Assembly (NCBI GenBank): GCA_001179505.1
Contig: CDMY01000348.1
Location: 43,836-107,835 of the forward strand
DNA from: Vitrella brassicaformis CCMP3155
Lineage: Eukaryota > Protista > Chromerida
Reading direction: 5' to 3'
DNA length: 64,000 nt
In this document: piece after piece, positions 50,162 to 61,468 of the stretch
How the letters are laid out: each line of letters opens with the position of its first letter
How positions within the stretch are numbered: position 1 is the stretch's first letter
The notes under the pieces: generated by a model
The model's database searches: none
What the model saw: the letters and a program-made list of their open reading frames with translations, nothing else
Told to the model about the DNA's origin: nothing
Translations under genes and position numbers: made by a program

Positions 50162-52874
50162 TCAGAATGAGGGGAACGAGTGCGTCAGGAAGGCTACAGC
50201 GTCATCCACCAGTGACCGGTATGACGTACAGACACCATCGCCTTGCTCGTGTGCCGCCGCGGGTGGCAGGAAACAAGCCGGCGACAGCACCAGGTTGATG
50301 ATTCGGAGGGTGAATGGGGGGCTGCGGCCGGGAGGGCGGTCGGCTATCTGGGCCAGCGTGCTCTTCAGCAGACGGAACACGTGCTGAATCTAAAACAAAC
50401 AGGATACAAACACAAGCCTTGATGTGGGCTGGGCGGCATGGCCATGAAATGTGTCTGTCCCTCTTGCCATCGCGGCTGACTGACTGACAGACCCTTCTCT
50501 GCAGTGGTGCGTATGCGAGTGAGGTCTCGGCCTCCATCAGCACGGGCAGAGTCAGCACACGGACACTGTTCTCGCTGCACACCTACACACACACAGATGC
50601 AGACAAATCACATCACACCACGTGCAGTGCACCGCACCCCATGTGCTGTGCTGGAATGTAATTTATGGTTATGGTTATGATGCGTCAGTCACCTCGAGTA
50701 CTCGCTGCAGCGCCGCCTGCAGGTCTGGCGGCAGCTGGTCAGACGGGGCCTCGTCGGAAGACACCAACACATGAATCACAGCCTGACGCACACATACACA
50801 AGAATACAAGCACCCATGGCTGTCTACACCACACCACACCTGTACAGCGGGGAGGTTGGTGTGTCGAGTAATGAAGAAGTCACCCACACGCAGAGGGCCG
50901 TATTGACAAGCCTGCAGACACTCACACACACAAAGGCAGGGAATTCACCGAGTAAGCCAAGCCCACATCACATTCACCACACAAACAAAGGTCGGTCGGT
51001 GACTGAGGGGCTGACTGACTGACTGACCAGTTTACGCTGTTGGTTGAGCGGTGGGAAGTGGAAGTCCGGGCTGCTCTCACACGCATCCGCCAACTGATGG
51101 TCCTGCACACCACACACAGGACAACATAACATACATACATCAGCGCATGCATTGTTGGCCTGGCCCCCTCCCCTCCCCCCTCACACACATCCACGCACAC
51201 CTGTTGTGTATCGAACTGCAGCCGTTCGGGCGTCGGCAGCACAACACCAGACAGCGCATCGCCATATGCGACAGGCACCTCACCCCGAAGCCCCCCTTTC
51301 AGCCGCCGATCGTATGCCAACGGAGCCGCCATGCGATCGTCGGCCCCCCACTGAGCAGACGCAAAAGCATCATGGTGGCCGTTGTCGTATGTGTATCGTG
51401 GCGGGGAGAGGAGGTCTGGTGGGCTGTCACGAAGAACGGATGCGAGGGAGCTGGGGGGCGGTGAATGGGCTGCGGGGTGGGGTGTGGGTTTGAGGACGTC
51501 GAGGACGTGGCCCGAGCAGAGGCGGAGGATGCAGATCTCCTTCTGCTGAGCACCGAAGCCCACACGAATCGCTGCCTCCTCCTGCAAAGTGAAAAGGCGT
51601 CATGAGAAGCCGTTGCTTGCCGCGGTTTCTTACCTTGAGTGCTCCTGTGGGCACCATCGATTCCCACCACTCTCCTTTCCCACTGCCCCTGGTCCCGCCT
51701 TCGCCGTGCTCTGCAGATCGCTGCGATGCCGACGCATTCGACGGTGAAGTGACAGGCGCGGAGGGAACAGCACTGTCATCCGCATGGCTGGTCAGCAGGC
51801 GCAGCCGCCCTCCCTTGCGGCCCCTCTTGGCCTTGTCGGCCACACTCCGCAGTGAACGGATGAAGGACGCTGCGCGGGATGTTGGTCGGGTGCTGGTCTG
51901 AGCAGCAGTGCCGGCCTCGGTGGGTGTGTGGGGGAGCGCGCTGTCTGGCGGTGGCTCTGCGCATGGCAGTGGTGGTAGGGAGAGGGGTGTGGATTGGCTG
52001 GTCTTGGTGACCTCGTATGCGAACAGATCTAGGATGAGGTCGCGGTACTCTTCCAGCTGCTGCCGCTGCATGCTTTGCAGCTCAGCCGTCCAGTGCCTGC
52101 CAGCCATGACACAGCCGAAGAGGGCAGTGAAACAAACACACACACACTCCTGCACAGCTATCCTCTCGTTCTGGCTGATACACACCTCTCGAGTGCTTCC
52201 AGCTCGGCCACATGCTGGTTGACGAGCTCAGTGATGGGCGTGGGGCTCTCGTCGTCGCCCTCCTCCTGCCCCTGCACCATCCCATCAGCCATGTCACTCT
52301 GCTGCATCGCAAGCTCCATCTCCAGCGACTGACGCAGCTGCAGCTCCGCCAGCGCCTTGTCCTTCCTCTCGCGGGCCTCCCGCAGGGCGGCCGCATAAGA
52401 GTGCTCGAGGTCGGGGAGTGTGTGGCAGACACTGGGGCTGATCTGCATGAGCGAGTCGTATGCGCACCAGAAGGGGAGAGGGAGGAACGGCAGCAGGGGA
52501 GGGGGGTTGTCTGGCACAGGCAGTGCTGGGATGTCCGATGGCGAGGGCGTGTTGTCTGACGCGCCGCTGTGGGAGGGGGATGACAGAAGGGAGTCGGTGG
52601 GCGTGTGCAGTGGCTGTGGCGGGGATGAGGGGAGGCAGCTGCTGCTGGACAGCACATGGGGATGGTGCAGCTCCTCGGCAGCAAGCATGTCCATGGCGCT
52701 GAGAGCCTTCTGCTTCAAACCATGGTCCATATTGTTGGCTTCGCAGAACTCGGTGATCTTGGCCGCGCAGTTGGTCCGCTCTTCACTCGTGAGTGTGAGG
52801 TGAATGGCCTTGCCGCCGAAGCTCAGATGGAGCGCCCCTTCTGCCGACGGCTGTGTGTGTGACGACATCGCCAT
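50162..52874 (-). CDS. C12orf4/FERRY3 (DUF2362) homolog
   Basis: ELVNQHVAELEAL...WTAELQSMQRQQLEEYRDLI, GFGAQQKEICILRL, ALSGVVL, SSPDFHFP, VGDFFITRHTNL and VLTLPVL match the human C12orf4 motif order as recalled (LGAQLK, DFHFP, GEFYITRHSNL). Confidence 0.75.
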
Positions 52875-53060
52875 GAGTTGATCTTCGCTACTTCAACAGT
52901 AACCCATCCACTAGCATCGCCGCAGCCGTCGGTCTTGGCATTGGAGACCGCGGGAACGACAGGCATTTGCGAGCTTGTGGTGATCGCGCCTTTTTCCTCT
53001 TTTCCCTCTTCGAACGCCCTCCGTTGCTCCATTAATCACAGATCTTTGCTGTCAGTCACC

Positions 53061-53629
53061 ATGGGAGATCTCGCACAAGTCAACATGGTACGTTGTCGCG
53101 TTGTCGATGCTCCGCGGCGCCAAGGCTGTACGGATGTGCGCATGTGTTCGTGTGTTGTGGGTGCAGAGCTTCCAGATCGTGCCCATCTTCGAAGATGAGG
53201 CCAAACAGGTGAGAAAGAGAAGCCGCCGGCCGCTTATGCGCTCGACGCACACATGCATGTCTCTGTGCTGTGTGTGTGAGTTGTTTAGTACAAGATGATA
53301 GACGAGGTCATCGACATGATCAAGTCCATGAGCGGAGTCAAGGCAGAAGTCGGACCGGTGAGACCAGACGCCATACGCACACACACTCACTCTCACACAC
53401 ACACACAACAGTGTGCACGCGTGTGTGGTTGCTCTGTGTGCTCTGTGTGTGTGTGTGTGTGTGTGTGTGTCAGATGGCTACGTGTGTGGAGGGCAGCATG
53501 GACCAGGTGCTTGAGATCGTCAAGAAGGCCCACACGATGCTGCTGGAGAAGGGCTGCAGCCGTGTGCTGTCGCACGTGTCCATCGATACCAAGAAGGGAG
53601 GCGTCTCTATGGCCAGCAAAATGAAATGA
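53061..53629 (+). CDS. Thiamine-binding protein family (UPF0045/MTH1187/Ecm15-like), 4 exons, about 97 aa
   Basis: Spliced product MGDLAQVNMSFQIVPIFEDEAKQYKMIDEVIDMIKSMSGVKAEVGPMATCVEGSMDQVLEIVKKAHTMLLEKGCSRVLSHVSIDTKKGGVSMASKMK, with phase-0 GT-AG introns and the family-typical VGPMxTxxEG motif. Confidence 0.85.
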
Positions 53630-54541
53630 AGCGACACAAACAGACAGACACACCACACCCACCAGCCGACCACCACACACTGACTTGAGGGGAGGGGCGG
53701 GAGGGAGGTACCGTTTTCTCAGAGTGTCGTCACGACGGATGATTGTGTGTCTAGGACGTTGCGGGAGGTAGGTCTGTCTGTCGGGATGTCTGGATGTGTG
53801 TATGTCATAGGGTCTCTGTCTGTCTGTCAGTCAGCTCACCGACCCCTTTCCCCTTTTTCCGGCCGGCCGGCCAGTCAGTCAGCCAGCCAGCATCTCCACA
53901 CCCTCTGTATGTGTGCACGTATCGTATTTATGTGGAAGAGGCAAAGGAAGGTGCTGCAGTTTTTGCGATAGATCCGTGAGCAGAGCAGCCAAGGGAAGGG
54001 AAGAAGGAGTGAGAACGATGGCCTGACATGACAAGCCCCCCACTGACTGACTCAGTCGTCCACCTCACCCTTTTTTCGCTCTGTATGCGTCGTGTGCACA
54101 CCGACCGTATGTATGTATGTATGTATGTCAGCGTGTGGATGGGATCAGCGTCCGTGCTGCTTTTGTCGTGTGTCGTGTCGTGTCGTGGCGAGGTGTTTTC
54201 AGTGAGTGATGAGATGAGCGGAGCGCAGAGAGAGCCGCGCTTTAGTCGAGCGCGCCAAACACAGATGGAAACGGATATAGGTGTGTGTGTGTATGTCTGG
54301 TGCCTGCCGTGTTTTTCTCTGTACGCAAGCGCAAGAAATGGCAGGCAGTGATTGCGTGGGATGGGATGGCCCCCCGAGGCGTCCGTCGAGTGGTGCTGCT
54401 TTTGTACGTCTGTCCGTCCGAGAGAAAAAGATAATGAAGGAATGCAATGCATCAACCAACATATGAGTGAGTGAATGGTCCATCCATCCAACATATGCTG
54501 GCTGGATTGGCAGGCAGGCAGGCAGGCAGATGGCATGGGAT

Positions 54542-54648
54542 GGGCGGCGGATGACGCTGCAGGCGCAGTGTGGCCAAAGGGCACCCTCGGCCTCTCCAGG
54601 CCCGAAGCTGCCCTTTGGTGAGTGCGCCTCAAGTGTCATCCGCCGCCC
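54542..54648. other. 107-nt imperfect inverted repeat (long hairpin) in intergenic DNA
   Basis: GGGCGGCGGATGAC/GTCATCCGCCGCCC (14 bp perfect), AGGCGCA/TGCGCCT, CCAAAGGGCA/TGCCCTTTGG and GGCCT/AGGCC around a 4-nt loop. Confidence 0.85.
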
Positions 54649-55165
54649 TTTCACCAGCCCGCCGCAGTGAAGACCACGTTGGTCCCTTTTCTCACGACTC
54701 ACATACATTTGATGGATGTATTGGCGGATCTGTGGCAGGTAGGTACTGTGATCGAAGGGAGCGATGTGTGTGACCGCGACCATCAAGTGGTGCATTCATT
54801 GTCAAGGTAGGTCGTTCAAGTGAAGAAGTCACCAAGTCACTGTCCGTCCATGCATTGCAACACGAATATGCACACCAAGTCGACATCATGACCACCATAG
54901 TCTAATTCATATGCACACACAAGACACATCCAAGGGAAGTGAGTGCAACGCATTGCCGTCTGCCTCTCTGAGCGTCACCGTGAGGCGGGGCTGCAATGAA
55001 CGCCTAGACATCGCAGCCCGACCTCGCGCTCACGATCACCAGGGACAAGGCAACACTGGCAACACAATCAGTCCACAGCACAACCCAAGAAGGACGTTCC
55101 ATAATGCGGTTATCTACGCTACACACACACTCACTGACATGCCCATCAGCCCCTCCCTCAATCAG

Positions 55166-55596
<431 letters not shown>

Positions 55597-55896
55597 NNNN
55601 NNNNNNNNNNNNNNNNNNNNNNNNNNNNNNNNNNNNNNNNNNNNNNNNNNNNNNNNNNNNNNNNNNNNNNNNNNNNNNNNNNNNNNNNNNNNNNNNNNNN
55701 NNNNNNNNNNNNNNNNNNNNNNNNNNNNNNNNNNNNNNNNNNNNNNNNNNNNNNNNNNNNNNNNNNNNNNNNNNNNNNNNNNNNNNNNNNNNNNNNNNNN
55801 NNNNNNNNNNNNNNNNNNNNNNNNNNNNNNNNNNNNNNNNNNNNNNNNNNNNNNNNNNNNNNNNNNNNNNNNNNNNNNNNNNNNNNNNNNNNNNNN
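55597..55896. other. Assembly gap (300 N)
   Basis: Run of N. Confidence 0.99.
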
Positions 55897-56546
55897 ACGT
55901 TGCTTGTGCCCGAGGATACATATCCCCGAATGATTGGGATCAGATACGCCACCATTGTCCTCCTCGTCGTCGCCGAGCGGTTGCGCGCGATTGACCACAA
56001 GGTCAGCACATGACCGGGAGGGCTCTTTTCTGGACTGTCACCCCTCTCTCCGTGTCTCTGTCTCCGTGTGTGTCTTCTCGTGTCAGATCTACAAGGAATG
56101 CCTTGATCGTCGCGTCCCTGTGCTCGTTGTGCGCAGCAAGATGGACAACGCCGTCGAGAACGCCATTGACGACGCTGAGGACGAAGGCCAGGAGCCTCCC
56201 ACCGCTGAGCAGACGTACGAGGCCGCCCGCGCCAATGTGATCTCCAAGGCCGCAAACCCACCAGCAGAGTCTGGCGTGCCATCAATCCAAATCCCCCCGG
56301 AGCGCATCTATCTCACGAGCCGCAAGTACGTCAAGGAGATCCACGACGTCGCCGACTTCCGCGTCAGGGACTTCTACCGGCTCTTCCAGGACATCTCCGC
56401 TGCCGTGGCCAATGACGTGTCGCGGGATGCCCGCAGGTCAGCAGGGCAGAGCAGAGCAGGGCAGAGCAGAGCAGGGCAGAGCACCGCCAGATGGATGATG
56501 TATGTGCTCTGTCTGTCTGTCTGTTTCTCGCAGAATGGTCGCCTAG
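55897..56546 (+). CDS. 3' part of an IRG/IIGP-like P-loop GTPase (5' part in the gap)
   Basis: Exons 55897-56001, 56087-56436 and 56534-56546 give TLLVPEDTYPRMIGIRYATIVLLVVAERLRAIDHK/IYKECLDRRVPVLVVRSKMD...RIYLTS...DFYRLFQDI...RMVA*. This parallels the IRG G4 (VRTKxD) and G5 (IFLxS...DFPxL) regions. Confidence 0.6.
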
Positions 56547-57222
56547 ACGGACCGACCAAGACACACCACACAGGCACCAAGACAGCGTGCCGTCTGTGTG
56601 CATTGCAAATTCATTTGTGTATGACTTTATAGTGATGCGCGTGTGTGACGTCCTGTTTGTGTGGCCCGAGTGCAAAGCACCGGCCGGCGTGCATCGCCTG
56701 GGCGGTCCCGTGCTCGGTAGATGAAATGATTCCTGAGCTTTCATGCGCTGTCAAGTATTTATGATTTATGATTGCCTCGTTTTTCTATCACCTCGCTGCA
56801 CGTGCGTGTGTCTGTGTGTGTGGCCCACCCCTACCTACTTACCTTGGCTGCGTCTGTGTGTCTGTGTGTGTGTGTGTGTGTCTGTGTGTGTGTCTGTGTG
56901 TCTGTGTGGCCCACCCCTACCTACCCAACTTGGCTGCATCTGTGTGTGTGGTCTGTGTGGTCTGCCTGTGTTTTCCATCGAATCCTTTTTGCACACACAC
57001 ACACACACGGGGTGCGGAGGGTACGCGGTAGTCACTTTGTTTCTCTGTTATTATTCACGACACACATACATGCACACGAACTAACGAACGAACAAACGGA
57101 CTCTCACGGTCTCTCAATCAAGAAAACACTGCTCGCCACGAATCCGTTTGCCCAGTCTACCAGCGCGGCCACCTATGCTACACACACTCATTATCATGCC
57201 CATCAGCCCCTCCCTCAATCAG

Positions 57223-57942
57223 TCACAGTGTCCAGAAGAGCAGCATGAGCCCTCTGAGGTACTGCATGACCTCCTCCGCCCCCAGCTTGGACGAGCCATA
57301 GATGCGGTCGACGAAGGTGATGGGGCACTCGGCCACTGTGTAGCCCATCTTGGTGGCCCTGGTGATGAGTTCCATCTGGAACACATAGCCCCTGCTGACC
57401 ACACGCGAGATGACGTCCTCGAACACCGCCCGTCGATAGAGCCGGAAGGAGCCCGTGAGGTCCGACACGCCGGGGCTGAGCATCACCTGCGCCAGGTAGT
57501 TGGCCACACGGCTCGTGAGGATGCGCCGCATGTCCCACCCATACACACCGCCGCCCCTCCCCTTGTAGCGCGTCCCCGTCACGATGTCGGCCTGTGTGGT
57601 CCGCTGCATGTCGATCAACTGGGGGATGAACTTGGGGTGGTGCGACAGGTCGGCGTCCATCAGGAGGATGAATCTGCCGCTTGCGACCTCCAGGCCGCTG
57701 CGGTAGGCCGTGCCGAGGCCCAGCTTGCCGGGCCGCTCGTGCAGCCGGATGTGTCTGTCGCCGTAGATGCGCTGCAGCTGTCTGCAGACGTCTGCCGTGC
57801 CGTCAGGGCTGCTGTCGTCCACCACCACCACCTCCCAGTCGCCGATGCCCCCCTTTTGCAGCTCACTCACAATCAGCCAGATGACCAGCGGCAGGTTGTC
57901 GCGCTCATTATACGTCGGCAAGATAATGGAGTACTCCACCAT
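57223..57942 (-). CDS. DPM1: Dolichol-phosphate mannosyltransferase, copy 2 (complete, intronless, 239 aa)
   Basis: MVEYSIILPTYNERDNLP...VVDDSSPDGT...RPGKLGLGTAY...[14 protein letters not shown] (GT2 DxD motif); ATG at 57942. Confidence 0.95.
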   Translation of the reverse strand: MVEYSIILPTYNERDNLPLVIWLIVSELQKGGIGDWEVVVVDDSSPDGTADVCRQLQRIYGDRHIRLHERPGKLGLGTAYRSGLEVASGRFILLMDADLSHHPKFIPQLIDMQRTTQADIVTGTRYKGRGGGVYGWDMRRILTSRVANYLAQVMLSPGVSDLTGSFRLYRRAVFEDVISRVVSRGYVFQMELITRATKMGYTVAECPITFVDRIYGSSKLGAEEVMQYLRGLMLLFWTL

Positions 57943-58129
57943 CGCTGCCGCTGCAAAGAGGCGCAAAGATCTGCACACCTTCTTTTTTTCCAAGCTCGCA
58001 GAAAACCTTTCGTTTCCGCAACGGGATTGGGGGCGCTTGAAGGACGTCGCCAGCGGCATAGAGTCCACCTTTTCCGCAGATCTCCGACAATTGAGGAAAG
58101 ATCTGGCGGTCTTGCTGTCTGCTGCTTCA

Positions 58130-58429
58130 NNNNNNNNNNNNNNNNNNNNNNNNNNNNNNNNNNNNNNNNNNNNNNNNNNNNNNNNNNNNNNNNNNNNNNN
58201 NNNNNNNNNNNNNNNNNNNNNNNNNNNNNNNNNNNNNNNNNNNNNNNNNNNNNNNNNNNNNNNNNNNNNNNNNNNNNNNNNNNNNNNNNNNNNNNNNNNN
58301 NNNNNNNNNNNNNNNNNNNNNNNNNNNNNNNNNNNNNNNNNNNNNNNNNNNNNNNNNNNNNNNNNNNNNNNNNNNNNNNNNNNNNNNNNNNNNNNNNNNN
58401 NNNNNNNNNNNNNNNNNNNNNNNNNNNNN
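58130..58429. other. Assembly gap (300 N)
   Basis: Run of N. Confidence 0.99.
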
Positions 58430-58963
58430 GATGACGTCCTCGAACACCGCCCGTCGATAGAGCCGGAAGGAGCCCGTGAGGTCCGACACGCCGGGGCTGA
58501 GCATCACCTGCGCCAGGTAGTTGGCCACACGGCTCGTGAGGATGCGCCGCATGTCCCACCCATACACACCGCCGCCCCTCCCCTTGTAGCGCGTCCCCGT
58601 CACGATGTCGGCCTGTGTGGTCCGCTGCATGTCGATCAACTGGGGGATGAACTTGGGGTGGTGCGACAGGTCGGCGTCCATCAGAATGATGAAGGCGCCC
58701 TTTGCGACCTCCAGGCCGCTGCGGTAGGCAGTGCCGAGGCCCAGCTTGCCGGGCCGCTCATGCAGACGGATGTGTCGGTGGCCGTAGATGCGCTGCAGCT
58801 GTCTGCAGACGTCTGCCGTGCCGTCAGGGCTGCTGTCGTCCACCACCACCACCTCCCAGTCGCCGATGCCCCCCTTTTGCAGCTCACTCACAATCAGCCA
58901 GATGACCAGCGGCAGGTTGTCGCGCTCATTATACGTCGGCAAGATAATGGAGTACTCCACCAT
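58430..58963 (-). CDS. DPM1: Dolichol-phosphate mannosyltransferase, copy 3 (3' end lost in the gap)
   Basis: Same reading frame and motifs as copy 2; ATG at 58963; variant EVAKGAFIILMDAD. Confidence 0.85.
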
Positions 58964-59253
58964 CGCTGCCGCTGCAAAGAGGCGCAAAGATCTGCACACC
59001 TTCTTTTTTTCCAAGCTCGCAGAAAACCTTTCGTTTCCGCAACGGGATTGGGGGCGCTTGAAGGACGTCGCCAGCGGCATAGAGTCCACCTTTTCCGCAG
59101 ATCTCCGACAATTGAGGAAAGATCTGGCGGTCTTGCTGTCTGCTGCTTCATGGAGTGGACGTCAGACACCGCATCTACCGTTATCTGTGCCCATGACGGC
59201 GCCAAGGGAGGGCCTATGAGCAAGCTAAAGCGACGGCAGCAACAAAAGTGACG

Positions 59254-61437
59254 ATGGCGGGTCAGCCTGCGCAGTCTGCCGGCTTCTCACCATCGACAGC
59301 TGAGGACAGGTTTCGGGCTCCGGCTATGCAGGCGGCCTCAGCGACTCATGGGTCGTCTTCACATGCTGCCGGCGCGGCTGCATCAGCATTGGAGATGTAT
59401 CAGGACCACCGTTCATCTGACCCTGTCCAGCCGCCTCTTTTGGGCTCTGTCCAGCCACCACTACTGCCACCAGCGCCGCCCACTGGTACCTACCTACACA
59501 CACACACATGCTGCTGTGTGTTGACACACGTGTGTGCGTGTGTGTGTGTGTATGTGTGTGCAGTGGTGATCCCTGCTCGCGTGCCACGGAGGAGCCGATC
59601 CGACTCCAGGCACGCAATATAATTCCCACACACACACATGGCCAAAAGGATGGATTGTGTGTGTGTGTGTGTGTGTGGCAGATTCTCCGCCGCTTGTCGA
59701 CAAGAAGCAGCTGGATCAAGGGGAGGAAGCAGCACACGTGGGGGCCCACTCCCACCACACACACATGGATGGATGAATGGATGAATGGATGGATGAATGG
59801 ATGGATGGGTGAGTCCTCTGCTGTTGCAGAGAGCCAGCCACTGATGGCACCGAAGCAGCGTTTCGACGTCAAGAAACCAGGTGGGTATTGCATCCACACC
59901 AACACACAGACACGCCCACGTGACGCACACGTGTGTGTGTATGAGTGTGTGCAGCGTCCCCCCCTGACCAGCACCACCACCACCAGCAGCAGCAGCAGCA
60001 CCAGCAGGACATGGAGGCCACAGGTGAATGCTCGCTGAATGCCACAGGTGCCCCTGCTCATCCCATCCACACCACACATCTGTCTACCCACATGTGTGTG
60101 TGTGCAGGTGGTCACGCAGAATCTGAGCCGGCCCATGAGCAACCACAGCCACAACCACCACAACCACCACCACGGTCAGCAGCCGAAGCACCGCCAGCAG
60201 CGGCACCACAAGCAGAAGGTACGCTCATGTGCACGTATACACGCTGTCACTCAATCTATCTATCTATGTCGGTCTGTCTGTCTGTCTGTCCATGCCGTCC
60301 ATAGAATCCCCCAAGGTGGTCATTGCGGCGCCCCAACCCCTCCCCAAAGGTGAGGACGCCTGTGAGTGCTGTGTGTGCGAGCCATGCACACATACGCACC
60401 TACCTCTTGATCTGACATCTTGTGTGTGTGTGTGTGTGCAGATGTGGCTCTGAAGATCAACATCCATGCGGCCAAGAAGGCGGCGGTGGCTGACACGGCT
60501 GCTGAGCAACAGGCGGACCAGCACCAGCCGAGTAGGTCCACACCACACACCAAACTCCACTCACAAACAAATGCATGGTGTGTGTGCCCGTGCTCGTCTG
60601 TTTCTACACCCAGGCGAGCAGCAAGAGCAGCCAGCGTCCCAACCACAAGCACCAGCACCAGCGGCGCCGGCGGCATCGTCATCAGACGGCTTCTTCAAAC
60701 CGAGAGTGAGTCAGCAGGAGCAGCAGCAGCGTTGGGTTGAGACAGGAGCACGACCCCGCATCCTGCCCCGCCCACCCGCAAGGCGCGGCCCTCGTCCGTC
60801 ATGGGACGCTCACCCACACGCTCACCCACACCTCGGTACGTACGTCTGGGAAAGAACACGTGAGTAAGTGAGTGCACTCACACATACATACTGCGTGTGT
60901 CTTGGTGTGTGTGGTGGGGGTGGGTGTAGCGATGTATGGTGGTTATGCCGGCATGTATGCCGCACAGCAGGCGGCCATGATGTACTCGGCTGCAATGGTA
61001 TGTCCGTCCGCTGCCCTCTCCCAACACAGCACGCACTTCTCTCTGCATGTGTGTATGTGTGTGTGTAGTGCCAGATGCAGCAGGCCCACGTGCAGGCGCA
61101 GGCAATCATGCAAATGCAGCAACAGCAACAGCAACAACAACAACCACAGCAGCAGCAGCCGGCAGCACAGGTGCGCCCTTGAGAGCAGATGGACATAGAC
61201 ACACGTGATTCGTGTGTGTGTGTGTGTGTGTGGTGTGTGGTGTGTGGTGTGTACGTGTCTGCTGGCTTCTCAGCAACAGCAGCCGCCGCAGCCCCCGTTG
61301 CCATCTGGCGAGCAGCCACCGGGTGTGTCCTCTGCTGCTGCAGAGGGCCAGCTACTGATGGCACCGAAGCGGCGATTCGACGTCAAGAAACCAGGTGGGT
61401 ATATTCTGGATCCGTGTGTGTCTTTGAGAAACCACAC

Positions 61438-61468
<31 letters not shown>

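Noticed and set aside
54542-54648. Hairpin as SECIS element or SRP RNA
   Set aside because: ATGAC pairs canonically with GTCAT, so there is no GA quartet, and the AAA spacing is wrong for SECIS. No SRP helix-8 or Alu motifs flank the GGAG loop.
54199-54900. A small gene around the hairpin (ORFs 54199..54795 and 54692..54898)
   Set aside because: No consistent exon chain or recognisable motif; the ORFs run through microsatellites.
53630-55100. TPP riboswitch downstream of the thiamine-binding gene
   Set aside because: The closest text (GTGAGAAC...CCTGAC near 54010-54030) lacks CUGAGA, the ACCUGAU...GCGNAGGGA core and P2/P4 pairing.
56815-56945. Short direct repeat TGTGGCCCACCCCTACCTAC...CTTGGCTGC flanking a (TG)n tract
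   Set aside because: Most simply a local slippage duplication in 3' intergenic DNA; no terminal repeats or target-site duplication of a mobile element.
57943-58068. Upstream in-frame start MDSMPLATS for DPM1 (also 58964-59089)
   Set aside because: The canonical DPM1 N-terminus begins at MVEYSIILPTYNE; the extension covers a T-rich region and the promoter octamer.
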